A stretch of 35,273 bases of DNA from Deltaproteobacteria bacterium (GTDB lineage Bacteria; Myxococcota; JACRCW01): the NCBI GenBank assembly GCA_016218805.1, contig JACRCW010000129.1:1-35273 (forward strand). The letters run 5' to 3'. A program made the position numbers and the translations under genes. Shown one piece after another: positions 1-10,416 of the stretch; the stretch's first letter is position 1, and each line of letters begins with the position of its first letter. The notes under the pieces are model-generated. The model did no database searches, was not told where the DNA came from, and saw only the letters and a list, made by a program, of their open reading frames with translations.

Positions 1-49
1 AGCGGAACGCCATTGCTGCACCCGGTGGCCTTTGCTACGCGCGCTGCCC

Positions 50-3000
50 ATGCCACGCCGCGAAGACATCCACACGGTCCTCATCATCGGATCCGGGCCC
101 ATCGTGATCGGCCAGGCCGCGGAGTTTGATTACTCCGGCACTCAGGCGTGCAAGGCGCTCAAGGAGGAGGGCTACCGCGTGGTGCTGGTGAACTCCAACC
201 CGGCCACCATCATGACCGACCCGGACTTTGCGGACGCCACCTACCTGGAGCCGCTGACTGTCCCGTTCCTGGAGCAGATCATTGCGCGGGAAAAGCCGGA
301 CGCGCTGTTGCCCACGCTGGGCGGGCAGACCGCGCTGAACCTCGCCGTCGCCCTGGCCGAGGCCGGCGTGTTGGAGAAACACGGCGTCAAGCTCATTGGC
401 GCCAACCTGGAGGCCATTCGCGCCGCGGAGGACCGGCAGCTGTTCAAGGACCTGATGCAGAAGGCGGGTCTGGAACTGCCCCGCAGCGGCGTGGCCACCA
501 CGGTGGAGGAGGCGCGCGAGATTGTCCGCAGCACGGGGCTCCCCGCCGTGCTGCGGCCGTCCTTCACGCTTGGCGGCACGGGCGGCGGCATTGCGCACAC
601 GGCCGCGGAGCTGGATGAGATGGTGCGTTACGCGCTGTCCGTCTCCCCCACGCACAGCGTGCTCATTGAGGAGAGCGTCATCGGCTGGAAGGAGTACGAG
701 CTGGAGGTGATGCGCGACCGCAAGGACAACGTCGTCATCATCTGCAGCATTGAGAACGTGGACCCCATGGGTGTGCACACCGGTGATTCCATCACCGTGG
801 CCCCCGCGCTCACGCTGACGGACCGCGAGTACCAGCGCATGCGTGACGGTGCCATCCGCTGCATCCGCGCCATTGGCGTGGAGACGGGCGGGTCCAACGT
901 GCAATTCGGCGTGAATCCGCGTGACGGGCGCATGGTCATCATTGAGATGAACCCCCGCGTGTCCCGCTCCTCCGCGCTGGCCTCCAAGGCCACCGGGTTC
1001 GCCATTGCGCGCATCGCCGCCAAGCTGGCCGTGGGCTACACGCTGGATGAGATTCCCAACGCCATTGTGAACCCGGAGGCCAAGGGCGGCCGCCGCGGCG
1101 TGTCCCGCAGCGAGGACACGCCCTCACCGCGCGCGGCGTTTGAGCCGACGATTGACTACGTGGTGGTGAAGGCGCCGCGGTTTGCGTTTGAAAAGTTCCC
1201 GGGTGCGCGCCCGGAACTGACGACGTCCATGAAGAGCGTGGGCGAAGCGATGTCCATGGGGCGCACGTTCAAGGAGGCGTTCCAGAAGGTGCTGCGCAGC
1301 CTGGAGGTGGGCAGCTACGGACTGGAGACGGACCGCGAACACCGCCGCGACGCGCGCCTGGCCGGCGCGTTTCCCGTCCGTGACGACGAGCTGGAGAGCT
1401 GTCTGCGCCGGCCCAACCCGGAGCGCACCTGGCTGCTGGCGCGCGCGTTCACCCAGGGCATGACCGTGGCGCGCGCGCATGAGCTCACCGGCATTGACCC
1501 GTGGTTCCTCGCGGAGTTGAAGGCCATCGTCGCTGAGGAGGCGGCGTTGCGCGGGCGCGCGCTGTCATCATTCAGCGCGGAGGAACTGCGGCACATCAAG
1601 TCCCACGGCTTTTCGGACCGGCGCCTGGGTGAGGTCTGCGGTGGCGGCGAGGACGCGGTGCGCGCGCGGCGCTGGGAGCTGGGCGTGCACCCGCAGTTCA
1701 AGCGCGTGGACACGTGCGCCGCCGAATTCGAAGCGCAGACGCCGTACCTGTACAGCACCTACGAGACGCCGATGTACCGCGCCGGCAAGCCGGTGGACGG
1801 CAGCGAGGCGTTCCCGACGGCGCGGCGCAAGATCGCCATCCTGGGCGGCGGGCCCATCCGCATCGGGCAGGGGATTGAGTTTGACTACTGCTGCGTGCAC
1901 GCGTCCATGGCGCTGCAGAAGATGGGCATTGAAGTGCTGATGCTCAACTGCAACCCGGAGACCGTCTCCACCGACCACGACACGTCGGACCGGTTGTACT
2001 TTGAGCCGCTCACGCTGGAGGACGTCCTGGAGATCCTGCGCGTGGAACAGCCCGAAGGCGTGCTGGTGCAATTCGGTGGCCAGACGCCGTTGAAGCTGGC
2101 GCGGGCGCTGCTCAGCAACGGCGTGAAGATCCTGGGCACCTCCGCGGACGCGATTGACCGCGCGGAGGACCGCAAGCGCTCTGCGGAACTGGTGGACAAG
2201 TTGGGCCTCAAGCAGCCCCCGTCCGGGACGGCGCACACGCTGGAGCAGGCGCGCGTGCTGGCCGCGCGGCTGGGATATCCGCTGATGGTCCGTCCGTCCT
2301 ACGTGCTGGGCGGACGCGCCATGGAGATTGTGTACGACGAGAAAGGCCTGGACCGGTACGTGGGCGCCGCGCTGGACGCCTCACCCGAGCACCCGGTGCT
2401 GGTGGACCGCTTCCTGTCATCCGCCATTGAGCTGGACGTGGACGTGCTGGCGGACGGGCACGAGGCGATTGTGGCCGGCGTGATGGAACACGTGGAGGAG
2501 GCCGGCATCCACAGCGGTGATTCCGCGTGCGCCATCCCACCCTTCTCCCTGCCCGCGGACATCATTGACGAGGTGCGGCGGCAGGCGCGCGCGTTGGCCA
2601 TGGAGCTGGGCGTGGTGGGGTTGATGAACGCGCAGTTCGCCGTGCAGGGACGCGACGTGTTTGTCATTGAGGTCAACCCGCGCGCGTCACGGACCATCCC
2701 GTTTGTGGGCAAGGCGGTGGGCCTGCAGCTTCCACAGCTGGCCGCGCAGGTGATGGCCGGCCGCACGCTGCGTGAGCTGGGCGTCAAGGAGCCGCGGCCG
2801 CGCGGCGTGGTGAGCGTGAAGGAGAGTGTGTTCCCGTTCCTGCGCTTCCCCGGCGTGGACACCATCCTGGGACCGGAGATGAAGTCCACCGGCGAGGTGA
2901 TGGCCATGGCGGATGACTTTGCCGGCGCATTCCTCAAGAGCCAGCTGGCGGCGGGACAGGTCATTCCCCCAACGGGGACGGTGTTCATCAGCGTGCGTGA

Positions 3001-3373
3001 CGAGGACAAGCCCGTGGCCGTCAAGGTGGCGCGGGCACTGCACGGTGCGGGCTACGCCATCATGGCCACCCGGGGGACGCACCGCGTGATTGAGGCCGCA
3101 GGGGTTCCCTGCACGGTGGTCAACAAGGTGCGCGAGGGTGGACACCACACGGTGGATGCCATCCGCGCGGGTCAGATTGCGATGGTGGTGAACACGACCA
3201 GCGGACCCGCCGACCAGGTGGACAGCTTCACGCTCCGCCGGGAGGCGCTGCAGCGTGGCGTGGCGTACTTCACCACTGCGCGGGCCGCGGAAGCGCTGGC
3301 ACAGTCCATGGCCGGGCGTTCCGGCGAAGTGCCGCGCGTGCGGCGCCTGCAGGACCTCCCGCCGGTGGGGTGA
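50..3373 (+). CDS. carB: Carbamoyl-phosphate synthase large subunit
   Basis: Begins [34 protein letters not shown]. Duplicated ATP-grasp halves (GVHTGDS / [17 protein letters not shown] / EVNPRASRT) and a C-terminal MGS domain. ATG at 50 matches the canonical MP(K/R)R start. Confidence 0.98.
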   Translation: MPRREDIHTVLIIGSGPIVIGQAAEFDYSGTQACKALKEEGYRVVLVNSNPATIMTDPDFADATYLEPLTVPFLEQIIAREKPDALLPTLGGQTALNLAVALAEAGVLEKHGVKLIGANLEAIRAAEDRQLFKDLMQKAGLELPRSGVATTVEEAREIVRSTGLPAVLRPSFTLGGTGGGIAHTAAELDEMVRYALSVSPTHSVLIEESVIGWKEYELEVMRDRKDNVVIICSIENVDPMGVHTGDSITVAPALTLTDREYQRMRDGAIRCIRAIGVETGGSNVQFGVNPRDGRMVIIEMNPRVSRSSALASKATGFAIARIAAKLAVGYTLDEIPNAIVNPEAKGGRRGVSRSEDTPSPRAAFEPTIDYVVVKAPRFAFEKFPGARPELTTSMKSVGEAMSMGRTFKEAFQKVLRSLEVGSYGLETDREHRRDARLAGAFPVRDDELESCLRRPNPERTWLLARAFTQGMTVARAHELTGIDPWFLAELKAIVAEEAALRGRALSSFSAEELRHIKSHGFSDRRLGEVCGGGEDAVRARRWELGVHPQFKRVDTCAAEFEAQTPYLYSTYETPMYRAGKPVDGSEAFPTARRKIAILGGGPIRIGQGIEFDYCCVHASMALQKMGIEVLMLNCNPETVSTDHDTSDRLYFEPLTLEDVLEILRVEQPEGVLVQFGGQTPLKLARALLSNGVKILGTSADAIDRAEDRKRSAELVDKLGLKQPPSGTAHTLEQARVLAARLGYPLMVRPSYVLGGRAMEIVYDEKGLDRYVGAALDASPEHPVLVDRFLSSAIELDVDVLADGHEAIVAGVMEHVEEAGIHSGDSACAIPPFSLPADIIDEVRRQARALAMELGVVGLMNAQFAVQGRDVFVIEVNPRASRTIPFVGKAVGLQLPQLAAQVMAGRTLRELGVKEPRPRGVVSVKESVFPFLRFPGVDTILGPEMKSTGEVMAMADDFAGAFLKSQLAAGQVIPPTGTVFISVRDEDKPVAVKVARALHGAGYAIMATRGTHRVIEAAGVPCTVVNKVREGGHHTVDAIRAGQIAMVVNTTSGPADQVDSFTLRREALQRGVAYFTTARAAEALAQSMAGRSGEVPRVRRLQDLPPVG

Positions 3374-3377
3374 CGCC

Positions 3378-4265
3378 ATGGTGATGCCGCACCGCGCGCT
3401 GGGGCAGACGGGGCTGCTGGTCCCGGTGATCGGGCTGGGTGCGTCCCACCTGGGTGACGCGCCGCTGGAAGACGCGGACGCGGCACGGCTGCTGGACGCC
3501 GCGCTGGAACTCGGCGTCAACCTGGTGGACACGGCGCGCTCCTACGCGTTCTCGGAGGAGCGCATTGGGCGGCACCTGTGTTCCCGCCGCCAGGAGGTCA
3601 TCCTCTCCACCAAGGTGGGTTATGCCATCCCGGGTCATGAAAACTGGACGGCCGGCTGTGTCACCGCGGGGATTGAGCGCGCGCTGGACGTGCTGCGCAC
3701 GGACGTCATTGACCTGGTGTACCTGCACAGTTGCAGCCTGGACGTCCTGGTGCGCGGTGAGTGCACCGACGCGCTGCACCGCGCGGTGCGGGCCGGCAAG
3801 GTGCGCGTGGCGGGATACGCCGGTGACGGGCGCGCGCTTGAATACGCCATGCAGAGCGGCGCGTTTGGCGCGTTTCAGCTCACTTGTAATATCTACGATC
3901 AGTCCGCGCGCGCGCGCCTCCGTCCCGCCGCGGCGGAACGGGGAGCCGGCGTGCTTGTGAAGCGGCCGCTGGGCGGGGCGCCGTGGCGTTACGCGGCCCG
4001 GCCGCCGGAGGAGGACCTGGCCGAATACTGGGACCGGCACCGCGCCATGCAGCTCAACCGGATGGGGCTTGCCTGGGAAGAGCTGGCGCTGCGGTTTGCC
4101 GTCCACCAGCCGGGGGTTGCGGCGGTGCTGGTGGGGACGCGCAGTGCAGCGCACTTGCGGGCGGCGGTGGCCGCACTGGAGTACGGTCCGCTCCCCGCGC
4201 CGATGTTGTCACTGGTGCAGGCGGCGTTTGAGCGCCACGGGGCCGGCTGGCCCGCGGTAACCTGA
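3378..4265 (+). CDS. Aldo/keto reductase
   Basis: RALGQTGLLVPVIGLG, VDTARSY..SEERIG, LSTKVG, LRTDVIDLVYLH: D-Y-K-H tetrad present. ATG 4 nt after the carB stop. Confidence 0.93.
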   Translation: MVMPHRALGQTGLLVPVIGLGASHLGDAPLEDADAARLLDAALELGVNLVDTARSYAFSEERIGRHLCSRRQEVILSTKVGYAIPGHENWTAGCVTAGIERALDVLRTDVIDLVYLHSCSLDVLVRGECTDALHRAVRAGKVRVAGYAGDGRALEYAMQSGAFGAFQLTCNIYDQSARARLRPAAAERGAGVLVKRPLGGAPWRYAARPPEEDLAEYWDRHRAMQLNRMGLAWEELALRFAVHQPGVAAVLVGTRSAAHLRAAVAALEYGPLPAPMLSLVQAAFERHGAGWPAVT

Positions 4266-4275
4266 GGAGGCGCGC

Positions 4276-5268
4276 GTGGAAGACAACCGGCGGCAGGACG
4301 TCATGCTGGGACTGTTCACGCTCGTCGTGGTGGCGGCGCTGGTGACCCTGGCATTGCGCGTGGGCAGCACCGCGCCGGTGGGCGCGGTGTCATATGACTT
4401 TGTCATGGACAGCGCGCTGGGCCTGCAGCGGGACAACCGCGTCAGCGTGGCCGGCGTGAATGTTGGCATTGTTGAGTCCATCCGCGTGGACGGCAAGGCC
4501 GCGCGCCTCACGCTGCTGCTGGAACCCGGGCTGGCCGTGCATACGGACGCCAAGGCGGCGGTCCGTGCGCGCACGCTGCTGGGCGAGAAATACGTGGACC
4601 TGGACCCGGGTACGCCGGAGGCGGGGCGCCTGCCGGCGGGTTCCACCGTGAAGGACAACGTGCCCACCGTGGAGATTGATACGGTGATCCGCGCGGCGGC
4701 CGCGCTGGTCACCAGCCTCAACGACATGACGCCCGCGCTGCGCACGTCCGTGGACCGGCTGGAGGGTGTGCTGGCCACGGCGGACATGCGGCAGGTCAGC
4801 CGGGACCTGACCGGGCTCATCAAGGACGCCAGTGACCTGGTGAAGTCCGGCCAGAACGCGCTGGGTGAGGGCGGCCAGGACGCGCGCATGCTGCTCAAGG
4901 ACCTGCGCACGCGCACGCCGGAGTTGCTCAGCCGGTTGCAGAAGACCACGGAAAAGGTGGATGCGCTCATTGACGCCGTCCCGCAGGACGCGCTGAAGGA
5001 CACCCTGGCGCGCGCACCCGCCACGCTGGACACCACCCAACAGGCGCTGGGAGAGCTGCGCACGGCCATTGCGGATCTCAAGGGCGCCTCCGCCAAGACC
5101 ACGCGCGTGCTGGAACAACTGGAGAAGGTGCTGGGCAAGGCCAACTCGCTCACGGAGCAGCAGATCCGCGAAGTGCTGCAGGTGGAAGGCGTGCGCGTGA
5201 ACCTCATCACGGACCCCGACATTGAACGGCGCGTGAAAGCGCTGGCTCCCAAGCTGCCGGGCAAGTGA
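4276..5268 (+). CDS. MlaD/MCE family protein
   Basis: N-terminal TM (LGLFTLVVVAALVTLAL), MCE motifs GLQRDNRVSVAGVNVGIV and TLLGEKYVDLDPG, long helical C-terminus. GAGGAGG RBS before the GTG. Confidence 0.92.
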   Translation: MEDNRRQDVMLGLFTLVVVAALVTLALRVGSTAPVGAVSYDFVMDSALGLQRDNRVSVAGVNVGIVESIRVDGKAARLTLLLEPGLAVHTDAKAAVRARTLLGEKYVDLDPGTPEAGRLPAGSTVKDNVPTVEIDTVIRAAAALVTSLNDMTPALRTSVDRLEGVLATADMRQVSRDLTGLIKDASDLVKSGQNALGEGGQDARMLLKDLRTRTPELLSRLQKTTEKVDALIDAVPQDALKDTLARAPATLDTTQQALGELRTAIADLKGASAKTTRVLEQLEKVLGKANSLTEQQIREVLQVEGVRVNLITDPDIERRVKALAPKLPGK

Positions 5269-5630
5269 TGACGTCGTCGCCGATGCCCGCGTTTGTGAAG
5301 CTGCTGGCCGCGGACGTGGAACGGTCGGTGCGGTTCTACGGGGCGCTGGGGTTCACGGACGCGGGCCGTGACGGTGTGTTGGTGCACCTGCGCTTTGGCG
5401 AGCACGCGCATCTCTACGTGGTCCGCACCCCGCCAGGGGCCGATCTTCCGGGGCCGCGCGGTGCGGGCGTGCTGGTGTGCTTCACCTGTCCGGACGTGGA
5501 TGCGCTGGCCGCGCGCGCACGGGAAACGGGGGCCCCTGTTGACGGTCCGCGCACCCAGCCCTGGCACACGCGCGAGACCGTGGTGACCGACCCGGATGGC
5601 TACCGCGTGGTGTTCGTGCAGCCCGCGTGA
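5265..5630 (+). CDS. VOC/glyoxalase/bleomycin-resistance family protein
   Basis: DVERSVRFYGALGF, DVDALAARA, PWHTRETVVTDPDGYRV. Overlaps the MlaD stop (GTGATG), so the start is 5265 or 5268. Confidence 0.9.
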   Translation: MMTSSPMPAFVKLLAADVERSVRFYGALGFTDAGRDGVLVHLRFGEHAHLYVVRTPPGADLPGPRGAGVLVCFTCPDVDALAARARETGAPVDGPRTQPWHTRETVVTDPDGYRVVFVQPA

Positions 5631-5642
5631 CGCGGCGCCACG

Positions 5643-5671
5643 TTGACTCCTCGCGTACCGTTCGGCACAAG
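5643..5671 (+). promoter_or_regulatory. Possible sigma70-type promoter for phoD (TTGACT-17 bp-CACAAG), 6 nt before the ATG
   Basis: Good -35 and 17-bp spacing. The -10 is weak. No SD sequence before the ATG at 5678. Confidence 0.35.
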
Positions 5672-5677
5672 GCCCGC

Positions 5678-7165
5678 ATGACGACGTCGCGCCGGGACTT
5701 CCTCCTCACCAGTGCCGCCAGCGTCGGAATCGCCGCGGCGTGCAATCCCACCCGCGGACCGCAGGGAGGCCAAGACGCGGGGCCCCTGTCCACCACAGGT
5801 GACGGCGGCTCACAGCAGGTTGCTGACGGGGGTGGACCTTCAGACGCGGGCACCGCGGACGCGGCCGATGCGGCCGTGCCCGACGCCGCACCGCCCGCAC
5901 CGGACGCGGGCCAGCCCGTCAACGTTCAGGATGTGCCGCTGACGTCGGTGTGGCCGCTGGGAGTGGCCGCCGGGGACACCACGCCCACGTCCGCCATGCT
6001 GTGGACGCAGTACACGGGCTTCCGGACCCTCAAGCTGCTGGCGTGGGAGAGCGCGGACGGTTCGCCGGGTATCCGCGTGGCGGACGCGGAGGTCGCCGCG
6101 GAGGACACGTACGTGAAGTTTGACGTCGTGACGCTCAGCCCCGGTGCGCGTTACGCGTACGTCTTCCTGGAGCTGGAGGACGGCGCACCCGTGGGGCGCA
6201 GCCCGGTGGGCCTGTTCCGCGCGGCCATTGCCGAGGACGCCGAGGAGCGCCTCCTGCTGGGCGCAACAAGCTGCACCAAGAACGGGCGGAACTTTGGCAC
6301 CATTGGCCACGCCGCTGGCCGCGCGGACCTGGATGCGTTCCTGCTGCTGGGTGACACGTCCTACAACGACGGCGCGGAAACGCTGGTGGAGTACCGGGCC
6401 AAGTGGGCGGAGAACCTGGGCACGCCGGAATACCGCGCGCTGCGCGAAGCCACCGCCGTCTACGCCACCTGGGATGACCACGAGGTGGTCAACGACTTCA
6501 CGCCGGAGGACGTGAGCTACGCGAAGTTTGTGACCGCGCAGCAGGCGTTCTGGGAGACGCTGCCCATCCGCCCGCATCCCACGGTGCCCGGGCGCCTGTG
6601 GCGCTCGTTCCGGTGGGGGCGCACCGTGGAGGTGTTTGTGCTGGACTGCCGCGGTGAACGGCGCCCGTCCACGCGTGACAGCGGCAACGCGGAGTACCTC
6701 TCAGCGGCGCAGATGAGCTGGCTGCAGGAGGGGCTGCGCACCAGCCCGTGCGTGTTCAAACTGATCATGAACAGCGTGCCCATTGGGAACTTCCCAACGG
6801 TGTTTGACGTCGCCAGGGGTGACCGCTGGGAGGGCTATCCCAGCCAACGCACCGCCATCCTGCGGTTCATTGATGAGACACCGGTCACCGGCGTGCTGTG
6901 GGTGAGCGGTGACTTCCACCTGGCGACCATTGGCTGGGTGAGCGCGGCGGGCAACCCGGGCGAACACCAGCTTGAGTTCCTGGTTGGCCCCGGGGCCCAG
7001 ACGGGCAACGTGCTGGCGTCCACCCTCAACCCGCCGCTGTGGGAGTGGGCCACGCCCGACGACAACTACGCCACCTTTGACCTGGACCCCGGCACGCGGA
7101 AGGTCATTGTCACCTTCCATGCGGCGTCCGGCACTCGCCTGGCCCAGCGCAGCTTCACGGTGTGA
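5678..7165 (+). CDS. phoD: Alkaline phosphatase D family protein, probable Tat-exported lipoprotein
   Basis: SRRDFL twin-arginine motif and lipobox-like IAAAC. GVAAGD, LLLGDTSYND, WDDHEV, LDCRGER, DRWEGY and SGDFH PhoD metal motifs. Confidence 0.9.
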   Translation: MTTSRRDFLLTSAASVGIAAACNPTRGPQGGQDAGPLSTTGDGGSQQVADGGGPSDAGTADAADAAVPDAAPPAPDAGQPVNVQDVPLTSVWPLGVAAGDTTPTSAMLWTQYTGFRTLKLLAWESADGSPGIRVADAEVAAEDTYVKFDVVTLSPGARYAYVFLELEDGAPVGRSPVGLFRAAIAEDAEERLLLGATSCTKNGRNFGTIGHAAGRADLDAFLLLGDTSYNDGAETLVEYRAKWAENLGTPEYRALREATAVYATWDDHEVVNDFTPEDVSYAKFVTAQQAFWETLPIRPHPTVPGRLWRSFRWGRTVEVFVLDCRGERRPSTRDSGNAEYLSAAQMSWLQEGLRTSPCVFKLIMNSVPIGNFPTVFDVARGDRWEGYPSQRTAILRFIDETPVTGVLWVSGDFHLATIGWVSAAGNPGEHQLEFLVGPGAQTGNVLASTLNPPLWEWATPDDNYATFDLDPGTRKVIVTFHAASGTRLAQRSFTV

Positions 7166-7175
7166 CCGCCGCGGT

Positions 7176-7940
7176 TCACTTGGGCGGCGGCATCCCCTGC
7201 TTCATCCGCTCCAACAGCTCGCGGCGCTGCTCCGGCGTCATGGCCCGCAGCTTCTCCGGGTCCATCGCCTCCAGGGGCAGGCCGCCAGGGACCAGCGGCC
7301 CCTCCTGCTTGGTGTAGCCCGCGGGAACCTCAAACATTGCCGAGTCCAGCGCCTTCTTCTCCACGCGCACCAGCTCCACGGTCATGGCGGCCGCGCCGCC
7401 GCGGCGTTGCACCATCTTCACCACAAAGCCTTCCGCACCCGCGCCCTTGAGCGCTTTCTGCAACGCCCCCATGTCCGCGCCCGGTTCCTGGGCGCTGCGC
7501 ATGTACGTGTCAAAGTCCAGGATGTCCTTGGAGGTCCAGTAGTCCGTCTCCGTGGGGCCGTGCGTCACCACCACGTGCGTGCACTGCCAGGCGCCCACCT
7601 TTTCAGTGCCCACCTTGCGCGCGGTGTATTCATGCGGGCCCAGCCGCGCGGCGGCCGTGGCGCGCGCCTTCTTTGCGTCAATCTCGGTGTACGCCTTCCG
7701 CTCGTCGTGAATGGCGTACACCTTGTCCGGCTCCGCGGTCTTCACCAGCATGACCATGGTCATGGCGCCCGCACGCCCCGGGACGTCCACGCGCAACTCA
7801 GTGCGCACGCCCGGCTTGCCAATCTGGATGAGGCTCTGACCGCTGCCGGAGCGGCCCGTCATCTTCATCTCAATCACGCCTTCAAACGGCGGCGCACCCG
7901 CCGCAACCATCAGCCATCCCAGCAAGGCAAGCGTGTGCAT
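7176..7940 (-). CDS. DUF4412-like secreted protein
   Basis: Signal peptide MHTLALLGWLMVAAGA. FEGVIEMK, GTEKVGAWQCTH, DYWTSKDI and MFEVPAGY pattern typical of DUF4412/GLPGLI-like proteins. Confidence 0.75.
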   Translation of the reverse strand: MHTLALLGWLMVAAGAPPFEGVIEMKMTGRSGSGQSLIQIGKPGVRTELRVDVPGRAGAMTMVMLVKTAEPDKVYAIHDERKAYTEIDAKKARATAAARLGPHEYTARKVGTEKVGAWQCTHVVVTHGPTETDYWTSKDILDFDTYMRSAQEPGADMGALQKALKGAGAEGFVVKMVQRRGGAAAMTVELVRVEKKALDSAMFEVPAGYTKQEGPLVPGGLPLEAMDPEKLRAMTPEQRRELLERMKQGMPPPK

Positions 7941-7941
7941 G

Positions 7942-8544
7942 TCAGAGGTCCTTGGCGGTCTTGGGGTCCGGGTTCCCCAGCCCGAACGCGTACGTGGCAC
8001 CGGTCAGGCTGCCGAAGAAACCGGCCAGGCCCGCGCCGATGATGGCGACGGAGAGGTACTGCGAATAGCGCGCGCGGTCCGTCGCGAACTTCCGCTGCGC
8101 GTAAGGCCGGTCGGCCTTGGTCTGGTCGTACCAGAAGTAGATGGTGAGCGCCTGCAGGGCCACCCCGCCCACGAAAACCACGGCGAACACCGCGGCCCCG
8201 CTCAGCCCGGCGGCGATGCCGGTCCAGGACCACCCCGCGCGCGGCGGCTTCACCTGCTTCTTGGGTTCCTTGAACGCCTTCTCCGGGGGCGGCGTTGCTG
8301 CGGGCGCGGGCGGTGTCTCCGCCGCGGCGGGTGGTGCCGGCTCGGCCACCGGTGCGGGCTCCGCGGCAGGGGCCGGCGCGGCCGGTTCCGGTGCCGCCGG
8401 TTCCGGTTCCGGTGCGGGCGTGGTCTCGGGGGCGGGGGCAGGGGCGGGTGGCGCTTCCGCCGCTGGGGCCGGTGCTGGCTCCAGGGGCGCCGGCTCCTGG
8501 GAGGCCATCCACATGACTGAGACCCACAACAAGGACGTCACCAC
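7942..8544 (-). CDS. Hypothetical Pro/Ala-rich membrane protein
   Basis: Signal-like N-terminus, PAPA/EP low-complexity linker, two C-terminal hydrophobic helices. GGAGG RBS, and tightly packed between the mutase and DUF4412 genes. Confidence 0.75.
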   Translation of the reverse strand: MVTSLLWVSVMWMASQEPAPLEPAPAPAAEAPPAPAPAPETTPAPEPEPAAPEPAAPAPAAEPAPVAEPAPPAAAETPPAPAATPPPEKAFKEPKKQVKPPRAGWSWTGIAAGLSGAAVFAVVFVGGVALQALTIYFWYDQTKADRPYAQRKFATDRARYSQYLSVAIIGAGLAGFFGSLTGATYAFGLGNPDPKTAKDL

Positions 8545-8562
8545 GTCACACCTCCGCCCCGT

Positions 8563-10236
8563 TCACAGGACCACGCTCTCGCGGTGCTCGCCGAACACTG
8601 CGCGCAGCGCGTCCGCCACTTCGCCCAGCGTCGCGCGGGCTGCCACGGCTTCCACAATGAGCGGAACCAGGTTGGCATCACCCCGCGCGCCGTCACCGAG
8701 GCGCCGCAGCGCATCCGCCACCGCCGCCGCCGGCCGCGCCGCGCGCCACGCGCGCACCTGTTCCACGCGCGCGCGCTCCATGGCCGGGTCCAGTTGCAGC
8801 GCCGCCACGCGGACCTCTTCAGCCTGGAACCGGTTCACGCCCACCACCACCTGCCGCCCCTCCTCCACGGCGCGCTGCGCCTGGTAGGCCGCATCCTGGA
8901 TCTCATGCTGCGGCCAGCCCTGCTCAATGGCGCGCACCATGCCCCCCAGCGCATCCACCCGCTCCAGCAGCGCGCGCGCGCGCGCCTCCAGCGCGTCGGT
9001 CAGCTGTTCCACCACGTAGCTGCCGGCAAACGGGTCCACCGTGTCCGCCACGCCGCTCTCATACGCAATGACCTGCTGGGTGCGCAGGGCCAGACGTGCG
9101 GACGCCTCGGTGGGCAGGCCCAACGCCTCGTCACGGCTGTTGGTGTGCAGGCTCTGCGTCCCGCCCATCACGGCGGCCAGCGCCTGCAGCGTCACGCGCA
9201 CCACGTTGTTGTCCGGTTGCTGCGCGGTCAGCGTGGACCCCGCGGTCTGCGTGTGGAAGCGCAACATCCAGGAGCGGGGGTTCTTGGCGCGGAAGCGCTC
9301 CCGCATGATGCGCGCCCACATCCGCCGCGCGGCGCGGAACTTGGCCACCTCCTCCAGGAAGTGGTTGTGCACGTTGAAAAAGAAACTCAGCCGGCCCGCA
9401 AACTCGTCCACGTCCAGCCCGCGGTCCACCGCCGCCTGCACGTACGCCGCGCCGTCCCCCAGCGTGAAGGCCAGCTCCTGCGCCGCCGTGCAGCCCGCTT
9501 CGCGGATGTGGTAGCCGCTGATGGAGATGGTGTTCCAGGATGGGACCTCCCTGGCACAGAACGCAAACAGGTCCGTGGTGAGCCGCAGCGACGGAGCCGG
9601 CGGGAAGATGTACGTGCCGCGCGCCATGTACTCCTTGAGGATGTCATTCTGGACGGTGCCCTCCAGCGTCTTCCAGTCCACCCCACGCTGCCGCGCCACC
9701 GCGCAGTACAGCCCCAGCAGCGTCGTCGCCGTGGCGTTGATGGTCATGGACACGCTGACGTCACCCTGCGGGATGTCCCGCATCAGCGTCTCCATGTCCC
9801 CCAGCGTGGCAATGGACACGCCCACGCGGCCCACTTCGCCCGCGGCGCGCGGGTGATCCGGGTCCAGCCCCATCTGCGTAGGGAGATCAAAGGCAACTGA
9901 CAGCCCCGTCTGGCCCTGCGCCAGCAGGAAGCGGTAGCGCGCGTTGGATTCCTCGGCGGTGCCAAAGCCGGCGTACTGCCGCATGGTCCACGGGCGGGAG
10001 CGGTACATCGTCGGGTGGATGCCGCGCGTGAAGGGGTACTCGCCGGGGAAGCCCACCGCGGAAAGGAAGGGCTCGTCCGCCAGTTGCTCCGGGTCCGGCT
10101 GGTGCACCACGCGCACCGGCACACCGGAGGAGGTGGCGCGCGGCTGCAGGATGTGCGGCGTGCCCCCGGCGGCCTGCCGGAGCGCGCCCTCCTCAAACGC
10201 CATTGTCGCCGTGCGTAGCTTTCCCTGGGTGGCCAT
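8563..10236 (-). CDS. Methylmalonyl-CoA mutase, large (substrate-binding) subunit, split type without B12-binding domain
   Basis: [67 protein letters not shown], ends [17 protein letters not shown]. The specificity Tyr (RQY) and Arg (MAR) match MCM rather than isobutyryl-CoA mutase (Phe/Gln). No DxHxxG motif. Confidence 0.93.
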   Translation of the reverse strand: MATQGKLRTATMAFEEGALRQAAGGTPHILQPRATSSGVPVRVVHQPDPEQLADEPFLSAVGFPGEYPFTRGIHPTMYRSRPWTMRQYAGFGTAEESNARYRFLLAQGQTGLSVAFDLPTQMGLDPDHPRAAGEVGRVGVSIATLGDMETLMRDIPQGDVSVSMTINATATTLLGLYCAVARQRGVDWKTLEGTVQNDILKEYMARGTYIFPPAPSLRLTTDLFAFCAREVPSWNTISISGYHIREAGCTAAQELAFTLGDGAAYVQAAVDRGLDVDEFAGRLSFFFNVHNHFLEEVAKFRAARRMWARIMRERFRAKNPRSWMLRFHTQTAGSTLTAQQPDNNVVRVTLQALAAVMGGTQSLHTNSRDEALGLPTEASARLALRTQQVIAYESGVADTVDPFAGSYVVEQLTDALEARARALLERVDALGGMVRAIEQGWPQHEIQDAAYQAQRAVEEGRQVVVGVNRFQAEEVRVAALQLDPAMERARVEQVRAWRAARPAAAVADALRRLGDGARGDANLVPLIVEAVAARATLGEVADALRAVFGEHRESVVL

Positions 10237-10416
10237 CCGGCGTCCGTCCTCCCGCCCGCGTGGGGTGCGGGTGCATGTACCTCGCAAGGCACCGCGCCTC
10301 CAGCACGGCGACGGGGGGATGTGGGACACCGGCCCGGAGGCCGGCGCGGCCGTTTTGTTGACGCACCACCCCCGCCCACGGGCACAATGCCCCGGGGTTG
10401 CCTGCGGAGGCGTGGA

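Noticed and set aside
8290..8500. Repetitive GC-rich tract
   Set aside because: Explained by the Pro/Ala/Glu linker codons of the 7942-8544 protein; not an independent DNA repeat.
10307..10329. 13-nt match GGCGACGGGGGGA plus TGTGGGACAC shared with the 29.3-kb element
   Set aside because: Could be a deleted relic of the same element, but matches this short are expected by chance in 35 kb of GC-rich DNA.
10237..10416. Cobalamin riboswitch upstream of the mutase
   Set aside because: No recognisable B12-box (GCCACTG / GGGAAG) elements, and the region is a short divergent promoter interval.
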